Source of the DNA: Octopus bimaculoides
Taxonomy: Eukaryota
DNA: 64,000 bases
Direction: 5' to 3'
Assembly: GCF_001194135.2 (NCBI RefSeq)
Contig: NC_068988.1
Location: 20,644,609 to 20,708,608, forward strand
Below, piece by piece: positions 63,880 through 64,000 of the stretch. The first letter of the stretch is position 1, and each line of letters opens with the position of its first letter. A model generated the notes under the pieces. The model was not told where the DNA came from. It saw only the letters and a list, made by a program, of their open reading frames with translations, and did not search any database. A program made the position numbers and the translations under genes.

Positions 63880-64000
63880 ATATGTTTGTGTGTCTGTGTT
63901 TGTCCCCCCAACATCGCTTGACAACCGATGCTGGTGTGTTTACGTCCCCGTAACTTAGCGGTTCGGCAAAACAGACCGATAGAATAAGTACTAGGCTTCC
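63659..64000 (+). mobile_element. SINE family B, cut by the window edge
   Basis: Head and body match the consensus. Confidence 0.88.

Overview
Eukaryotic, AT-rich, microsatellite-dense draft-assembly sequence with many N-gaps. The repeat content (tRNA-headed SINEs, (TA)n/(TAA)n/(ATG)n tracts) points to an octopod cephalopod such as Octopus; this is an inference. The window holds the 3' part of one minus-strand gene, an Abelson (Abl) non-receptor tyrosine kinase. I reconstructed nine GT-AG coding exons with consistent phases: 48212-48017, 38471-38395, 34304-34220, 26542-26365, 18066-17882, 15792-15640, 11856-11767, 9814-9695 and 7285-5034. They total 3336 nt (1111 aa plus stop) and cover the C-terminal half of SH2, the linker, the whole kinase domain, a long disordered tail and the F-actin-binding domain. 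I could not find the SH3 or N-terminal SH2 exons; they lie beyond position 64000 or in gaps. The introns contain at least four SINE or short-retroposon families, a 5'-truncated Tx1/L1-type LINE, two R4/Dong-type 3' ends, mariner/hAT/piggyBac-like MITEs, Helentron-like elements and several minisatellites. The best second-look items are a candidate minimal Penelope-type hammerhead ribozyme (about 44796-44853), an extra intron isolating the kinase P-loop, a Gly in the actin-binding helix (KFQGRE), inverted SINE pairs around kinase exons (ADAR or circRNA substrates), modular SINE head/tail swapping, and a PRE/ARE-bearing minisatellite in the putative 3' UTR. There is no CRISPR array or prokaryotic system. 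I do not see firm evidence for a wholly new biological system.
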